Shown here: positions 51,244 through 63,418 of the stretch, piece by piece
How the letters are laid out: each line of letters begins with the position of its first letter
Position numbering within the stretch: position 1 is the first letter of the stretch
NCBI GenBank assembly: GCA_030704615.1
Contig: CM060731.1
Coordinates: forward strand, 93,558,001-93,622,000
Reading direction: 5' to 3'
DNA: 64,000 nucleotides
Source of the DNA: Takakia lepidozioides
Lineage: Eukaryota > Plantae > Bryophyta
The notes under the pieces: generated by a model
What the model saw: only the letters and a program-made list of their open reading frames with translations
Told to the model about the DNA's origin: nothing
Databases searched by the model: none
Translations under genes and position numbers: made by a program

Positions 51244-51689
51244 GCTTTGAATGACTGGCAGCATAGTACATATACAATATGCATTTTTGTTGTACCTTGA
51301 ATATTGTTGGAAAACATAGTGATGGCACTCCGCCAAGTTTGTATATCACCAATTTTGTTAATACACAATGCACATGTGCGGCACCTCCCAATTTCAATTG
51401 CATGAGCAACGTTTTCTTCACATTTACACTCGTGTGATGGGGAAGAAGTAGTTCACCTTGTAAACAAATTTACAATGGTATCATATTTGGTCATGACGTG
51501 TATATGGGTATTTGCAATGAACTCCGAAAGCTGGAGAACAAGGAAAATTGATGTTAACAAATAAGTTATAATGAGTTACGAACGGTCCTCTTCCAAACAA
51601 ATTTCGCCTGGTCCCTGCGTATTTCATAATCATTTCGCAAAATCTATGATCTTTCTACGAACATACCCACAAAGTTCTCAAAACACAAA

Positions 51690-53100
51690 ATAATTTCGAT
51701 TGATCTCATATTACACTGGGACGTATCAGAGGGTACATTGAACACACTGGCCAAGTTTCAAAGCGAACGAAAATCATTTGGATGGGCAACCATCCGTTGG
51801 CCCATTGAACGAATTTTGATTGATCTCATATTACTCTGGGGCATCTTACATGGCACATTGAACATAGTGGCCAAGTCTCAAAGCGAACCAAAATCATTTC
51901 GATGGCCAACCATCTGTTGAGCCATTGAATGAATTTCGATTGATCTGATATTAGTCCGCGACCTGTGAGAGGGTGTCTGGAACGTGCTGGCAAAGTTTGG
52001 AAGCTAACAAAAATGATTTGGATGGGCAACCATCCGTTCACCCATTGAATGTATTATGTTGGAGCTGCTATTGCTTTGGGACCTGTTGGACTGTGTTTCG
52101 CGTGCTCACGATTTTTTTTTCATTTCGTTTTTAAATGGGGCGTGTAATGTAGCCATATGCAACGTGCGTGCCAAATTTGGGAGCGATCAAAATTCATTTG
52201 GACCCAAAACCATGGTTTTTTCCCTGTTTTGCACTCCAAACTTGATTTGTGTTCTACTTCATGCACTCTTCATAGAGAGTTCTGCAATAGTGAGCGAAGA
52301 GAACATTTTTTTTTTTGGGCATTTTTTATTGATCCAAATTTTGGCGGGGGAGTAGCTGTGGGATGCTGGAAGCCACAGAACAAAATTGAGCCAAAAACAA
52401 AATCGATACGTGCCAGAAACCCCCACTGAAAGGCAGTGCAAACCTATTTATTGGTTTAAAATAAATTTAAATTCAATTAAATTGTGGAATGGCTTGAGGG
52501 GGGAGCGCGTCGATGGGGAGGCAAATGATTTATTCGTCTGTTGTGTCTCCGCACATATGTTCAAGCACATGCGGGCAAAAGAGGGGCTTCAACCACATCC
52601 GTTCAATGGGTGCAATAGCCGTGCACCTATTGCAGGATTTCTTTTTCGCATTGAACAAAAACCAGATGACAAATGAACGCCTCATTGGACAATCGAACGA
52701 TTTTTGATTGATCTCATATTACAGTGGGACGTATCAGATGGTACATTGAACACACTGGCCAAGTTTCAAAGCGAACGAAAATCATTTGGATGGGCAACCA
52801 TCCGTTGGCCCATTCAATGAATTTCGATTGATCTCATATTACTCTGGGGCCTCTTACATGACACATTGAACATAGTGGCCAAGTCTCAAAGTGAACCAAA
52901 ATCATTTCGATGGCCAACCATCTGTTGAGCCATCGAATAAATTTCGATTGATCTGATATTAGTCCGGGACCTGATACATGGTATGTTGAACATAGTGGCA
53001 AAGATTGAAAGCAAACGAAAATCATTTGGATGGGCAACTATTCAATCGCCCATTGAATGAATGGGATTTCGTCTTCGATTATACTGGGACCTGTTACATG
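51690..53100. repeat. 120-bp tandem repeats in two blocks of three (51690-52050 and 52698-53060)
   Basis: TGATCT(C/G)ATATT recurs at 51701, 51821, 51941 and 52709, 52829, 52949; units contain a GATGG-GCAA-CCATC-type hairpin. Confidence 0.9.
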
Positions 53101-54086
53101 GTATGCCCTTTGAAGCTCTTTTTGTAGTGTCTCTTGCCTCGTAATGCGGTGCTTCTTCATGTCCACTTTATCCAATATGTTAATATTCTCCATCTGGAAC
53201 AGATCCACATATGTGTGCAGAAATCCTTAAAAAAACAAATGACCATTTCAACTTTTATAAGCCTCATCCCCAGCTTCCAGTTTTGATGGTCATTTGTTTT
53301 TTTAAGTTATATACGCATGTGTGGATATGTTCCAGATGGAAGATATTAGCATTGGCAAAATAAGAGTTGGAAAAGCACTTCGTTACGAAGCAAGAGACAT
53401 TACAGAAGACCTCAGCATGTTGAACATTTGGATGAAGAACCTTGTCCATCGTCGCTTCAAAGTTCTAGCGCTTCTGAAATGATCATATGTTTGTTGGTGG
53501 AAGCAAATCTCGTAGGCCACATTGATCTCGTACCCATCGAAGACTCCCGTAGGCCACATGGAACGATTCATGTGATACATTTTCACAAATGCGATGTGAT
53601 ACATTTGTGAAATGGTATTACATGAACCGGTTAATGTGGCCAATGCTCGTCTTCCGCACCATGGCGGAAATGTTCGCCACTTGAAAGCACAAACACAAAT
53701 AATCCGTGCAAACAATCTCAAGAATCATATGTACTGCAAGGTGTTTCATACTACCGATGTTCATGTAGCATAATTATTTATGAATCGTTTTGTTACTCCC
53801 ATGCCAACAACATCAGGTCCACTGCAACTGCCATATTCCGAATTCCGTATCAGCCACCACGGACATGAAACCAGGAACTTCGCACAAAATCTCCAATTCA
53901 TTCAATTTATGGTGGGCCATGGCTGCAGCGTGCAAGCTGGCCAGGGTGGCTGATACATCCGTTTGAACATGACAGTCTTAGAGGACGTTGACATGGGAAT
54001 AACAAAAAGAGTACTACAGAATTCAGCTAGAGGAACAACAATAGCATGAAACACCTTACCGTAAATATGATTGTTGACATTGGTAC

Positions 54087-54360
54087 TGAGAAAATGATAT
54101 ATTGGATCCATAGGAGTTGGACAACAAACGTTCCATATCTCATTCAACTGTGCGATACTACCATGAATGACATGGATAAAAAAGTAATAGGTATACATGC
54201 GACCTCCGCACGTTTAAGTAGAGACCTAGTATCAAACGTTCGGAGGTCGCATGTGCACCTATTACTTTCCGATCCATGCCTCTCATGGTAGTGTCGCACA
54301 GTTGAATGAGAGGAGACGTTTGTTGTGTAACTCCTACGGAACTAATACATCGTTTTCTCA
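54087..54360. repeat. Long imperfect inverted repeat (about 128-bp arms, about 18-nt loop)
   Basis: TGAGAAAATGATATATTGG...CATGCGACCTCCGCACGTTT pairs with AAACGTTCGGAGGTCGCATG...TACATCGTTTTCTCA. Confidence 0.85.
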
Positions 54361-54572
54361 TAACCCTATCCGAAACCTTGGAACATTACAAATATAAACA
54401 ATGAGCCAGTACACAAACCATTTATGTTGCGATGACAGGTGCCAGGGTCGAGCATATGCAATATAGTATGTACAATGGGACTTTATTTATTACATGCACG
54501 TCCAAAATTGAGTTATGTCTTCATAAAAGAACCATTGTACCGCCAGAAATGCCATATCTACGAGACTATGGT

Positions 54573-56033
54573 CTACTCCGTCCTATATATGTCTTTCGGC
54601 TCAGGCCAATTGAATGGCTTGCCCATGAACCGAAGTACTACATGGGCTAATGTGACTCTCTTATTTTTGTTGTTGTCGTACAACCTTTGTAGCATTGAAT
54701 GCCAACAACCTCCCGTAAATTGGTCCTGGACCATACTTTGATCATAATGAACGCCGCCATTTATTCGTACCGCTATCTTCCCAACAACAAAGGCCTCCGA
54801 CGTCATGTCCTGGGGGGGGGGCGTGACATTCACATTGAAAACCGATGCAATATCTTTTTCCACCCACCATCTTTTTGCGAGTTCCCGGTCCAGCTTGTCT
54901 TGGTTTTCAAATTGGTACGGCGAGGCTTTGCGTATGCCCAATGGGGTGGCTAAGCCCCAATCACACACCCCAATCTTGATCTCCTCGATGCCATCTGGAA
55001 AATGCAACAAGATGTTGTCGGGGGACAAGTCGTTGTGCAGAACACCGTTCTTGTGGACAACATCCATGATGCACACCAGTGCCCATGCAAGTTTACTGTG
55101 CACTTTCCGGAAACAAAGCAAACGATCGCATTCCTGGAACTCAGCTTCCGTTCCCATTTGTTCCAAAATCACCATGTTGTCCGAATCGTTGCCTTATTTT
55201 CTGTCAAGGTTCATCATATCGCGTATAGTCCCCCCATTCCACCAGCGAGTGTAACCCTCTACCTCACGTGCATTCACAGCAAAATACGAGATAACACCCG
55301 GATGTTGGAACTTCATTGCCAAACACTCGTCGTTATGTTGTCTCAACGCCTTTTCTGGATTTTTGGGCTTGGGTTTTTTTCCTACTAGCTCCCAACGCTC
55401 CGATATTCTAGAATCGCCAACAATCCTACAGTGACGGACCTTAGCATATCCTCCTTCTTTGTAAGGGCCAATCTCTACCACCTTCGCACTAGAGTTCAGG
55501 TAATAAAGACCAGTTGTGCCTCCCCCGCCCGATGACCCCGCCTTCCAAGGGACAACCCTAGTCCGGCGATGTGAATTCTGACTTGCCGAGCAAGCCCAAT
55601 ACTCAACACGCCGCATTAACTCAGCTTCGGCGACGGGCACTCGACCCTCGGTTGTTCTACCCTTCCATGTCTTCATTAGCTGCCTCAAATTCCACGTGGC
55701 GTCTTTCGCCCTACTTTGGATCCACCGATTGAACTTTGGCTTGTCCCTGTCCGCCGTCCACTTAGCCCCCGCCAAAGCATTTGTCATTTTTCTCTCCATA
55801 TTTTGCTGGAAAATCTGAAACCCCTCCCATCCATGCCTAACATAAACACTCTCCAGCCTTATCATGTCCCTACCCTTGAAATAATCCGCTACCACTTCTT
55901 TCACCATATCCAAGGCATCCGGTCCCGGGTAGTCTGGCTTGTTGACCTGGCTATCCCGCTCGTGGGCACGTTTTCTCTTCCTCCGCCCCCCAGACGATCC
56001 CGCCCCAGAACTTGAATTCACAACCCCCGACAT
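54573..56033 (-). pseudogene. Intronless atypical protein kinase with one in-frame stop
   Basis: EGGYAKV (Gly loop), LVGKK, NDECLAMKFQHPGVI, WWNGGTI, HNDLSPDNILL, IGVCDWGLA. ORFs 55194-56033 and 54573-55175 are in frame across a TAA. Confidence 0.85.
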
Positions 56034-56329
56034 TGTATAAACCTTTGCCCACTACAGGGTCCAAAACCTCAGAGAAATGGCAATGAACGCGTGTGGATGG
56101 TGTCTTCGTAGTTTTCTGCAAAAAAACATGCCGCCGGAGATCCGGAAACGGCAAAATGGTGATACGATGATTGTACCGTGAACCAGTGTGTGGGACTGAT
56201 CAATAGAAAACCGACAAAACCTCCCCCCCCAAATAATCATCTTTACACCTCCTGTTGGCAGTGCCAAGCAACGAAGTCCGAAAGGACTACATGATGCCAA
56301 GGAACCACACCACAAGAGGGGCAAAAGTG

Positions 56330-56455
56330 ATCAGAAAAAGAGGGGGAAATGGTTTATATAGGCGCCCACCCCCCCCAAAAAAAAATGGCATTATGCTTGA
56401 AAAGGCGAGACTAGCTAGTCGCACCTCGCCACGCGCACCCACATGGGAGAGGACC
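56330..56455 (-). promoter_or_regulatory. Putative TATA-containing promoter of the kinase gene
   Basis: CTATATAAA on the minus strand at about 56353-56361, preceded by a GC-rich GCGCGTGGCGAGG block that recurs inverted at 57497-57590. Confidence 0.45.
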
Positions 56456-57587
56456 TAGTGTAGTTTTTATGACTCCGCCAAAGCCGTAGTCCTAAAAACG
56501 CTCATCTCTTGTAGTGGATGTTGGCCAAGGTTAGATAGAAGGGGTACAAGAGGATGATGACGCCCCGGAGAATGCAGCCCGGACCCTATACGATGAGGCT
56601 CCATCCGATGCGGATGTTGGAGAAGAAGATGAAGACATGGTCATTGAAAACGAGGTGAGAGATGATTCAAATGTGCATTTTGCTGACCAGGCCATTTATG
56701 AAGATGACTCCGATGACCAAGAAGACTTACAGCTTGATGAGGACGAAGAAGCTCCGGATGATGATGTTCAAGTTGATTAGACACGTAATCAAAGCTACAT
56801 AACAATTCTCGCATAGAACTGCCTATCATTTCGATCCTTGGAATGATTCTAGTGAAGTTGTGACTCGAAAAGTGACTCTAGGATTGTTGAATTTTTGTAT
56901 GAGGGCAGACACATGAAAGCATCGACCGCCATGTGGCGGTCGCTTTAGGTTTTTTTTAAATTCAGCGACCGCCATTCAGCAGCGGTCGCTTATTTTTATT
57001 TTTATTCTTAAATAAAGCGAGCGCCGTTTGGCGGTCGCTTCTTTAGTAAACTTTTGAAAAATGCAGCGACCGCCATTCGGCGGCGGTCGCTTAATTTGAT
57101 TTTGATTCTTAAATTAAGCGACTGCCGTTTGGCGGTCGCTTACTTAATATATTTTTTTAAATGAAGTGACCGCCATTTAGCGGCGGTCTCTTATTTTTAT
57201 TTTGAATCTTGAATTAAGCGACCGCCAAACGGCGGTCGCTTATTTAATATATTTTTTAAAAATGCAGCGACCGCCAGGTGGCGGTCGCTCTTCTTGTTTC
57301 TATAAATATAGCGACCGCCTTGCGGCGGTCGCGTGGTTTTTTTTTTATTTAGGAAATCCAGGGACCCGCCATGTAGCGGTTTTAAAAAATAAATAAAAAA
57401 TCATGAAGCGGCGCCTGGCCAGCCACGTGGCGAGGTGCCACGGGTCAGGAAAAATGAAACAAATGGGATGGGGGGAGGTGGTTTTGAACCCTTGACCTCT
57501 CCCATGTGGGTGCGCGTGGCGAGGTGCGATTGGCTTGTCACGCCGCGCTGACACGTGGCGAGGCGCCACTAGCCTGTCGCGCCTTTT

Positions 57588-58684
57588 CACCCGAAAAAGG
57601 CGGTACAATCATATTTCTTATAATTTTAAAATTAAGCGACTGCTAATACTACGGTCGCTATTTTTATTTTTTATGAAAAACAAGCGACCGCCACTATTGC
57701 GGTCGCTTTTATTTCCTTTCATTTTGTGCAATATTGTGGTCACTTCTATTTTGTATATTTTTAAATTTAAGTGACCGCCGGTATGGCGGTTTTTTATTTC
57801 AAAATATAATGGGACCGCCGGTATGGCGGTCGCTTCATTTGTTTATATATTTAAAATAAAGCGACCGCCAATATGGCGGTCGCTTTTAATCTTTATATTT
57901 TCAAGTTTAAGCGACCGCCAGGTTGGCGGTCGCTTTTATTTTATATATTATGAAACTAAAGCGACCGCCAGTTTGGCAGTCGTAAATATTGTTTTATTTT
58001 AAAATAAGCGACCACCGGTGTGGCGGTCGCTTTTATTTTCATATGTCGCTTGTTTTTTATATAATTTTAAATTTACCGACCGCCATATGGCAGTCGCTTG
58101 TTTTTCTATATATTTTTGAAATTAAGCGACTGCCAAATGGCGGTTGCTTGTTTTTTTAATATATTTTTGAAATTATTCAACCGCCATATGGCGGTCGTTT
58201 GTTCTGTATATATTTGCAAAATTGTGCAACCGCCAATACGGCAGTTCTTTTTTAAATTAGGCGACCGCCAATGCGACCGCCAATCTTGCTTTTGTTTAAA
58301 AATAAATTGAAGCGGCCGCCAATATGGCGGTCGCTATTTCTTTTTTTATTTCAAAAAATAAAGCGACCGCCAGTGCAACCGCCAATCTTGCTTTTTTTTT
58401 AAAATAAATTGAAACGACCGCCAATATGGCGGTCGCTATTTCTTTTTTAATTTCGAAAAACAAAGCGACCGCCATAATTGGCGGTCGCGTTCATTTTGTT
58501 AATTTTCAAAATGTATTTGCCACTGCCACCATGTCGGCGACGTGGCTGCTTAAGTGCCAGTATTTTACCTGGTACTATTTTTAACAGAATATTCCCCGAA
58601 CCTGACATGACGGAGGTCCCGTTAGCGTCAGGTCTGACGTGACGTGACGCTGACGGACGGACGGACGTGACGCTGATAACCGGG
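57588..58684 (-). repeat. Right long TIR with GCGACCGCC/GGCGGTCGC palindrome array (further array at 56920-57380)
   Basis: Inverted match to 41860-43203. Confidence 0.85.
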
Positions 58685-60700
58685 ATTGGGAAGAGAATGC
58701 AGGAAAATGCTTCTGATTTTAGCAAGAATGACATCCATCTCTTTTTCTATGGAGAAAGTTGAGACATCTTCCGGGAAGATCCATGATCCTACAAAGGTGT
58801 TTTTTCTTGTGGCCAGGAGCGCATGGCCACCATCAATGGTACTAAAAATCAGCGGGGTGATGCGCACTCCCAAGTAAACCGGGCCATCCGAAGGGGACGT
58901 CCGGGAGAAGCAGCCTATGAAAAGATCTGAGGCGACAACAGAAGTCTCCCAGATTGTCCTCTTCACCATGCCTCACTTTATAAATAACTGCTTCCGCTCT
59001 GGACCACTCGATCAACGACACCGGAGAGAGCAAGAATTCCTTCGGATTAAACTGAGTAGCAGACGCTGGGGTGGAGAGTACTCTGGGTCTCTTGGCCTGG
59101 TGTCTATCAGACGGAGAGGCCTCATCTTGAACAACACTGCCATTTCTTCCCCTATCATTTCCTCCTCTGTATGGACCAGTACCCCTCTGCTCGAACTGAT
59201 TCATTGCAGCCGGCACTGCTACCACAGACGGGGACACCTCGTTGTCTTCTTAAGTTGTGGGCAATCTACTTTAAAGTGTCCTTCCTTATGACATTGGTGA
59301 CAAAGGACATTGAGGGACTCTTCTAACACTGCCACTGTGATAAATGAATTATCCAAAGTTAGCAGTTTAAGAGAGGCATCTATAGTGGCATTCTCAGGCA
59401 TCCAAACCACAATATTTGGGACTCCCGAATCCCATGTGGGCTCCATGTTAGCCACCGAATCAATGTTGAGGAGGTCCTCTTCACCCAAATCATCCACATT
59501 CATAGAACCCATAAATGAACCAAAGTGGGCACCGATTTCTGGAGGTAAATGCCAGGGAGATACGGCAGAGCAAGCACCCTAGGTTTACAAGTCACCCCAT
59601 TTTATGACCCCAATCGGAAGACCAGGGGATATATGGACTCTGTAGCGAGACTTCCGGATGTTGAACTTCAACACCTTTTCAACGAACTCTGCAGAGCTAA
59701 AGAGGATGGAGAAGAAACCACTTCCCACGAGGTGGCAAAAAAGCTTGGTGAGGCCACCATCAGGGCCCAACTGCTCCTGAGTCCACATTCGAGCCCAATG
59801 CCGGTCACAAACCCGACCTGGGAAGTGCAGTAAGATTCCTCTTTCAGCCAACAGCAGTGAGTAGCTTTTTATAACCTCCATGTTCAGAGCTAAAACTGGC
59901 TGGTCTTCTTATGACAGGTGCTCCTCACTCCACAGTTCCACCTGCCTGCTTGGAGGAGAGGGCGGGGCTGCTCCAAGAAGACCCGCACCGTTTTGTCTAT
60001 AGAACCCTCCGCTTCTACGCCTCTCACACTGCTGTCTATTGGATCTGAATGCAGAAGATTTGGGTGGGCCCCAAAAGTTGCGCTCGCATTCGGAGCCATT
60101 GAGACCAGCTGGACAAGACTAAGAGACTAGGAAAAAAGAGAGAACCAGACTGATAGACACACCAAACCAAGGGGGAAAGATGGGGAATGAGGGGGGGTGG
60201 GGGGGGTGAGAGGAGAAGTAGAAAGAAAGATGCGGAGCAGCTTATCTGGTGGAAAAAGAAGCCAGCACGCGCCAAACAGCCATACCCTGGATTTGAAGGC
60301 AACTCCCAAGAGCGCTAATGCCAATACCCATGCAACTGGCCGCACCGTGTCAACTTGAAGACTTGGCAGCGGGCGGTGAGGAGAACGTCTCATTTCCTGA
60401 CTGAACACCAAGGAAATTGCAGTTCTTGAAGAGGAAGGGTCAAGGGACTTAAAACCTTCGAATGCTCCTGACGTAGAACCCAAACACGAAAGCCGGAGAG
60501 AGAGAAGGATGAACACATCCAGGGGGAGGAAGGAGAAGAAAGCGATGAGAATGACTTTCGTCTATGGAGTTTTCAACTCCTAAGAGTATCAGCTGCTAGT
60601 GAACGGAATTCGTCGAGCTCAACCGAGCTAGATTCAGGAACGGATAGGAAGGGGAGAGCCAAAAAGCATTTGTTTAGCATCGGGAGATGATATGCCAGCA
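58685..60700 (-). mobile_element. L1-type LINE 5' part / ORF1 (gag-like zinc knuckle), degenerate
   Basis: LCHQCHKEGHFKVDCP (CX2CX4HX4C) near 59250-59305; broken frames; truncated at the TIR. Confidence 0.65.
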
Positions 60701-61829
60701 GCTAAGTCCTTTCTCCACTCATCGCACAACGCGAAGCCTCCAGCCTCCATGGTGAGATTTCCCCGTAGAAGTACGGGTCTTTTGGTTTTGTAGGCATGAT
60801 ATAATGAGTTGTGTATTTGGAAAGCCCAAGTATGGGATTCATAATGTAAATAAATTTAAATAATAATAAAAACAAAAAACAAATATGGGGGACCGGTAAA
60901 GATATGCTGCTGCAGTCATATGGAAAATACAGAAAAGACAAAAATAAAACATTTAAACAAATGAGGAGAAAAAAAAACCGGGTGACAATTTGCCCGCGAA
61001 AGAGTGTCTACTGAGCCGCGGTCGTCTGAGAAATAAATAAATAATTCATTAATTAAAATAAGGAGAAAAACAACAATAAATCCTGGCGACCCGTATCACC
61101 GTCGCATAGGAAAATGTGTCTACCGCTGTGCAGTCGCCTAGGAGAAAAATAAAAATAAAAATAAAAATAAAATAAGGCAAAACAAAATCCGGGCGACCGC
61201 ACGCTTGGGAAAGAGCGTCTGCCTTGCATGGTCGCATGAGAAAATAATTTTCAAAAAATTAAATAATCAAGAAAACAGAAAAAATAAATAAAAATAAAGG
61301 GAGAAAAAAAAATCGGGCAACATTGTGACAGCGGTCGCCAGAAAAGAATAAATAATTAAAAAATATATATATAGATATAGTGACCGGTAGAACGGTCGCC
61401 CTGAAAAGACGTTTGAACCATGGTGACCGCTTGTTCGGGAAAAAATAAATAAATTAGAAATAAAACTAAATTATAGATTATCCTGGTGACATGTTTATGT
61501 CTCGGATATGCCCGAATGTACCTCCCAAACTTGACAGTCATTTCTTCCCAAATTTTGTCACCACCTGCATGTAGTAGGTAACTGCCAGTTGGTAAGGTTC
61601 ATTTGCAACACCATTTCAGTAAATATGGACAAAAGGATGAAATCTGGACATCTGTTAATTAATTAATTAATTAATTAATATGAAAAAACTATATTCAGTA
61701 TTAACAATGCATTAAAGCTTACAATTTTGGGTTTTCCAGGATTGGTCCGAAAAGTAGCATCGTCCTTTGCAAAATAAATGACAAGCAAGACACCTATGTT
61801 GAATTTGAGGAGATCGCTCGTGAGTATAT

Positions 61830-63402
61830 TCACGGAGGGGAGATCTCCCGTGCACTCGATAGGTAGTTTCTCGCAATTTACGCGAAACGAATCATTCGAT
61901 TACTACATGTCAATGGTGAGAGAAGATGAGAGGAGCTTTCCCGTGAAAACGTAACAAATGCATGTCAATATCACATAGGAAACAAAGTAAGAGCTTTAAA
62001 ACCACAATGGGTCGTGACTCAAAATTATTGGTAGAAACATTGGAATAACGTTTTTGAATTATTGAAACTTAAGGAATAGAAAAGTCTTTGTCATATTGAG
62101 GACAAGAAATAACAAACGAAATGCATTGAACTGACAAATACAAGGTCAGATACCATGTCAAATACAATTTCAAGTACAATGTCAGCTTGCTGCAGGTGCT
62201 TTGAGACCTCCCCCCACCAGGGGAGATCTCCCGTGCTCAATACGAGAACCGTCGAGCCGTCAAATCAAAAGAAAATAAGATCTAGAAACATTCACATGAA
62301 CTAGTCATCCAGAAATTAAAACTGTCGCGTAAGACCAGTTATTTGTCACCCTCCGAATACCAAATAAGAATCCAGGAAATGCCGAATAGATGTCGAGACA
62401 TAGCAGGGGAGACCTCACGTGCTACAACTGAAATCAATAGCACAATCGCGAAAATACAATTTAGAACGTCGGCATCATAAGGCGCCACCGTTAAAATCGG
62501 AGTAGTGAACGACATTCCGCAAGGGAAGATATGAAGGTTTTGGACCAGACAAAATCCTCATCATCTTCAAAAAATGAAAACATTTGCGAATCCTTACTAT
62601 ATTCGACAATGAGCTCTAAGAAAAATATAATAATCATGATTGAAAATAGTCAAGTCACTGTAGCACGGGACATCTCCCGAGCACTATGTGTAAGGGAGAA
62701 AACCATCAACCACCATGGGAAATCGGCAGTTCGACATACAAAATACGTGGAACCGTCAGACGGAAACAAATAAAAATGTACAACCATTCACATCCACTGG
62801 CAATTCAAAAATTCAAAATTTTGGAGATCAGAACAAAAGCTATTTGTCCGTAGATAAAAAAAAATCCAGTAAGTAATATTAAAAAAACAACGTGACATAC
62901 CACGGGAGACCTCCCGTGTTACACCTGAAAATCAGTAACAACATCGCGAGGATACAATTTACAAAGTCAGATTAAGAAGGGGCCACCGTTGAAATAGACA
63001 TATAAAAGTACATTCCGCTAGGGAAGAAAATATGATATTCGGACCCCGACATATCCTTATCAGATAACGAACCAAATTGGGACTCAATGAGCGCTATGGT
63101 GAATGAGAATATTAATCATGTCAGTCTGCAATAGTCAAGAATCTGTAGCACGGGAGATCTCCCGTGCTATGTGCGAAAAATACAATCAACCAGAACTAAA
63201 CTTTCATTGAGATGCATGCAGTCAAGGTTCAAATCGCTAGAGATATAGATGTTTAGAAATTGAAAGTTTCAAATGGTCGACACAGAGAATTCAAGGTCAA
63301 CTTCTGATTGTCAAAGGAGCTCCCACAAAATCCTGGCAATCACCAGTAAGATTAACATTAACACATATTGTCGACAAATTAGCACGGGAGATCTCCCGTG
63401 CA
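61830..63402. repeat. Regularly spaced palindrome TAGCACGGGAGATCTCCCGTGCTA
   Basis: Copies near 61836, 62219, 62401, 62660, 62899, 63146 (perfect 24 bp) and 63380. Confidence 0.85.
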
Positions 63403-63418
63403 CCTCTGTACACTGTGC

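Larger units (their letters stand above)
41860..58684. mobile_element. 16.8-kb long-TIR (foldback-like) element with cargo genes
   Basis: Left arm begins CCCGGTTATCA..CGTCACGTCC..GTCAGACCTGACGCT; right arm ends in the reverse complement. Inner TIR portions 43010-43203 and 57588-57780 also match in inverted orientation. No TSD seen. Confidence 0.75.
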
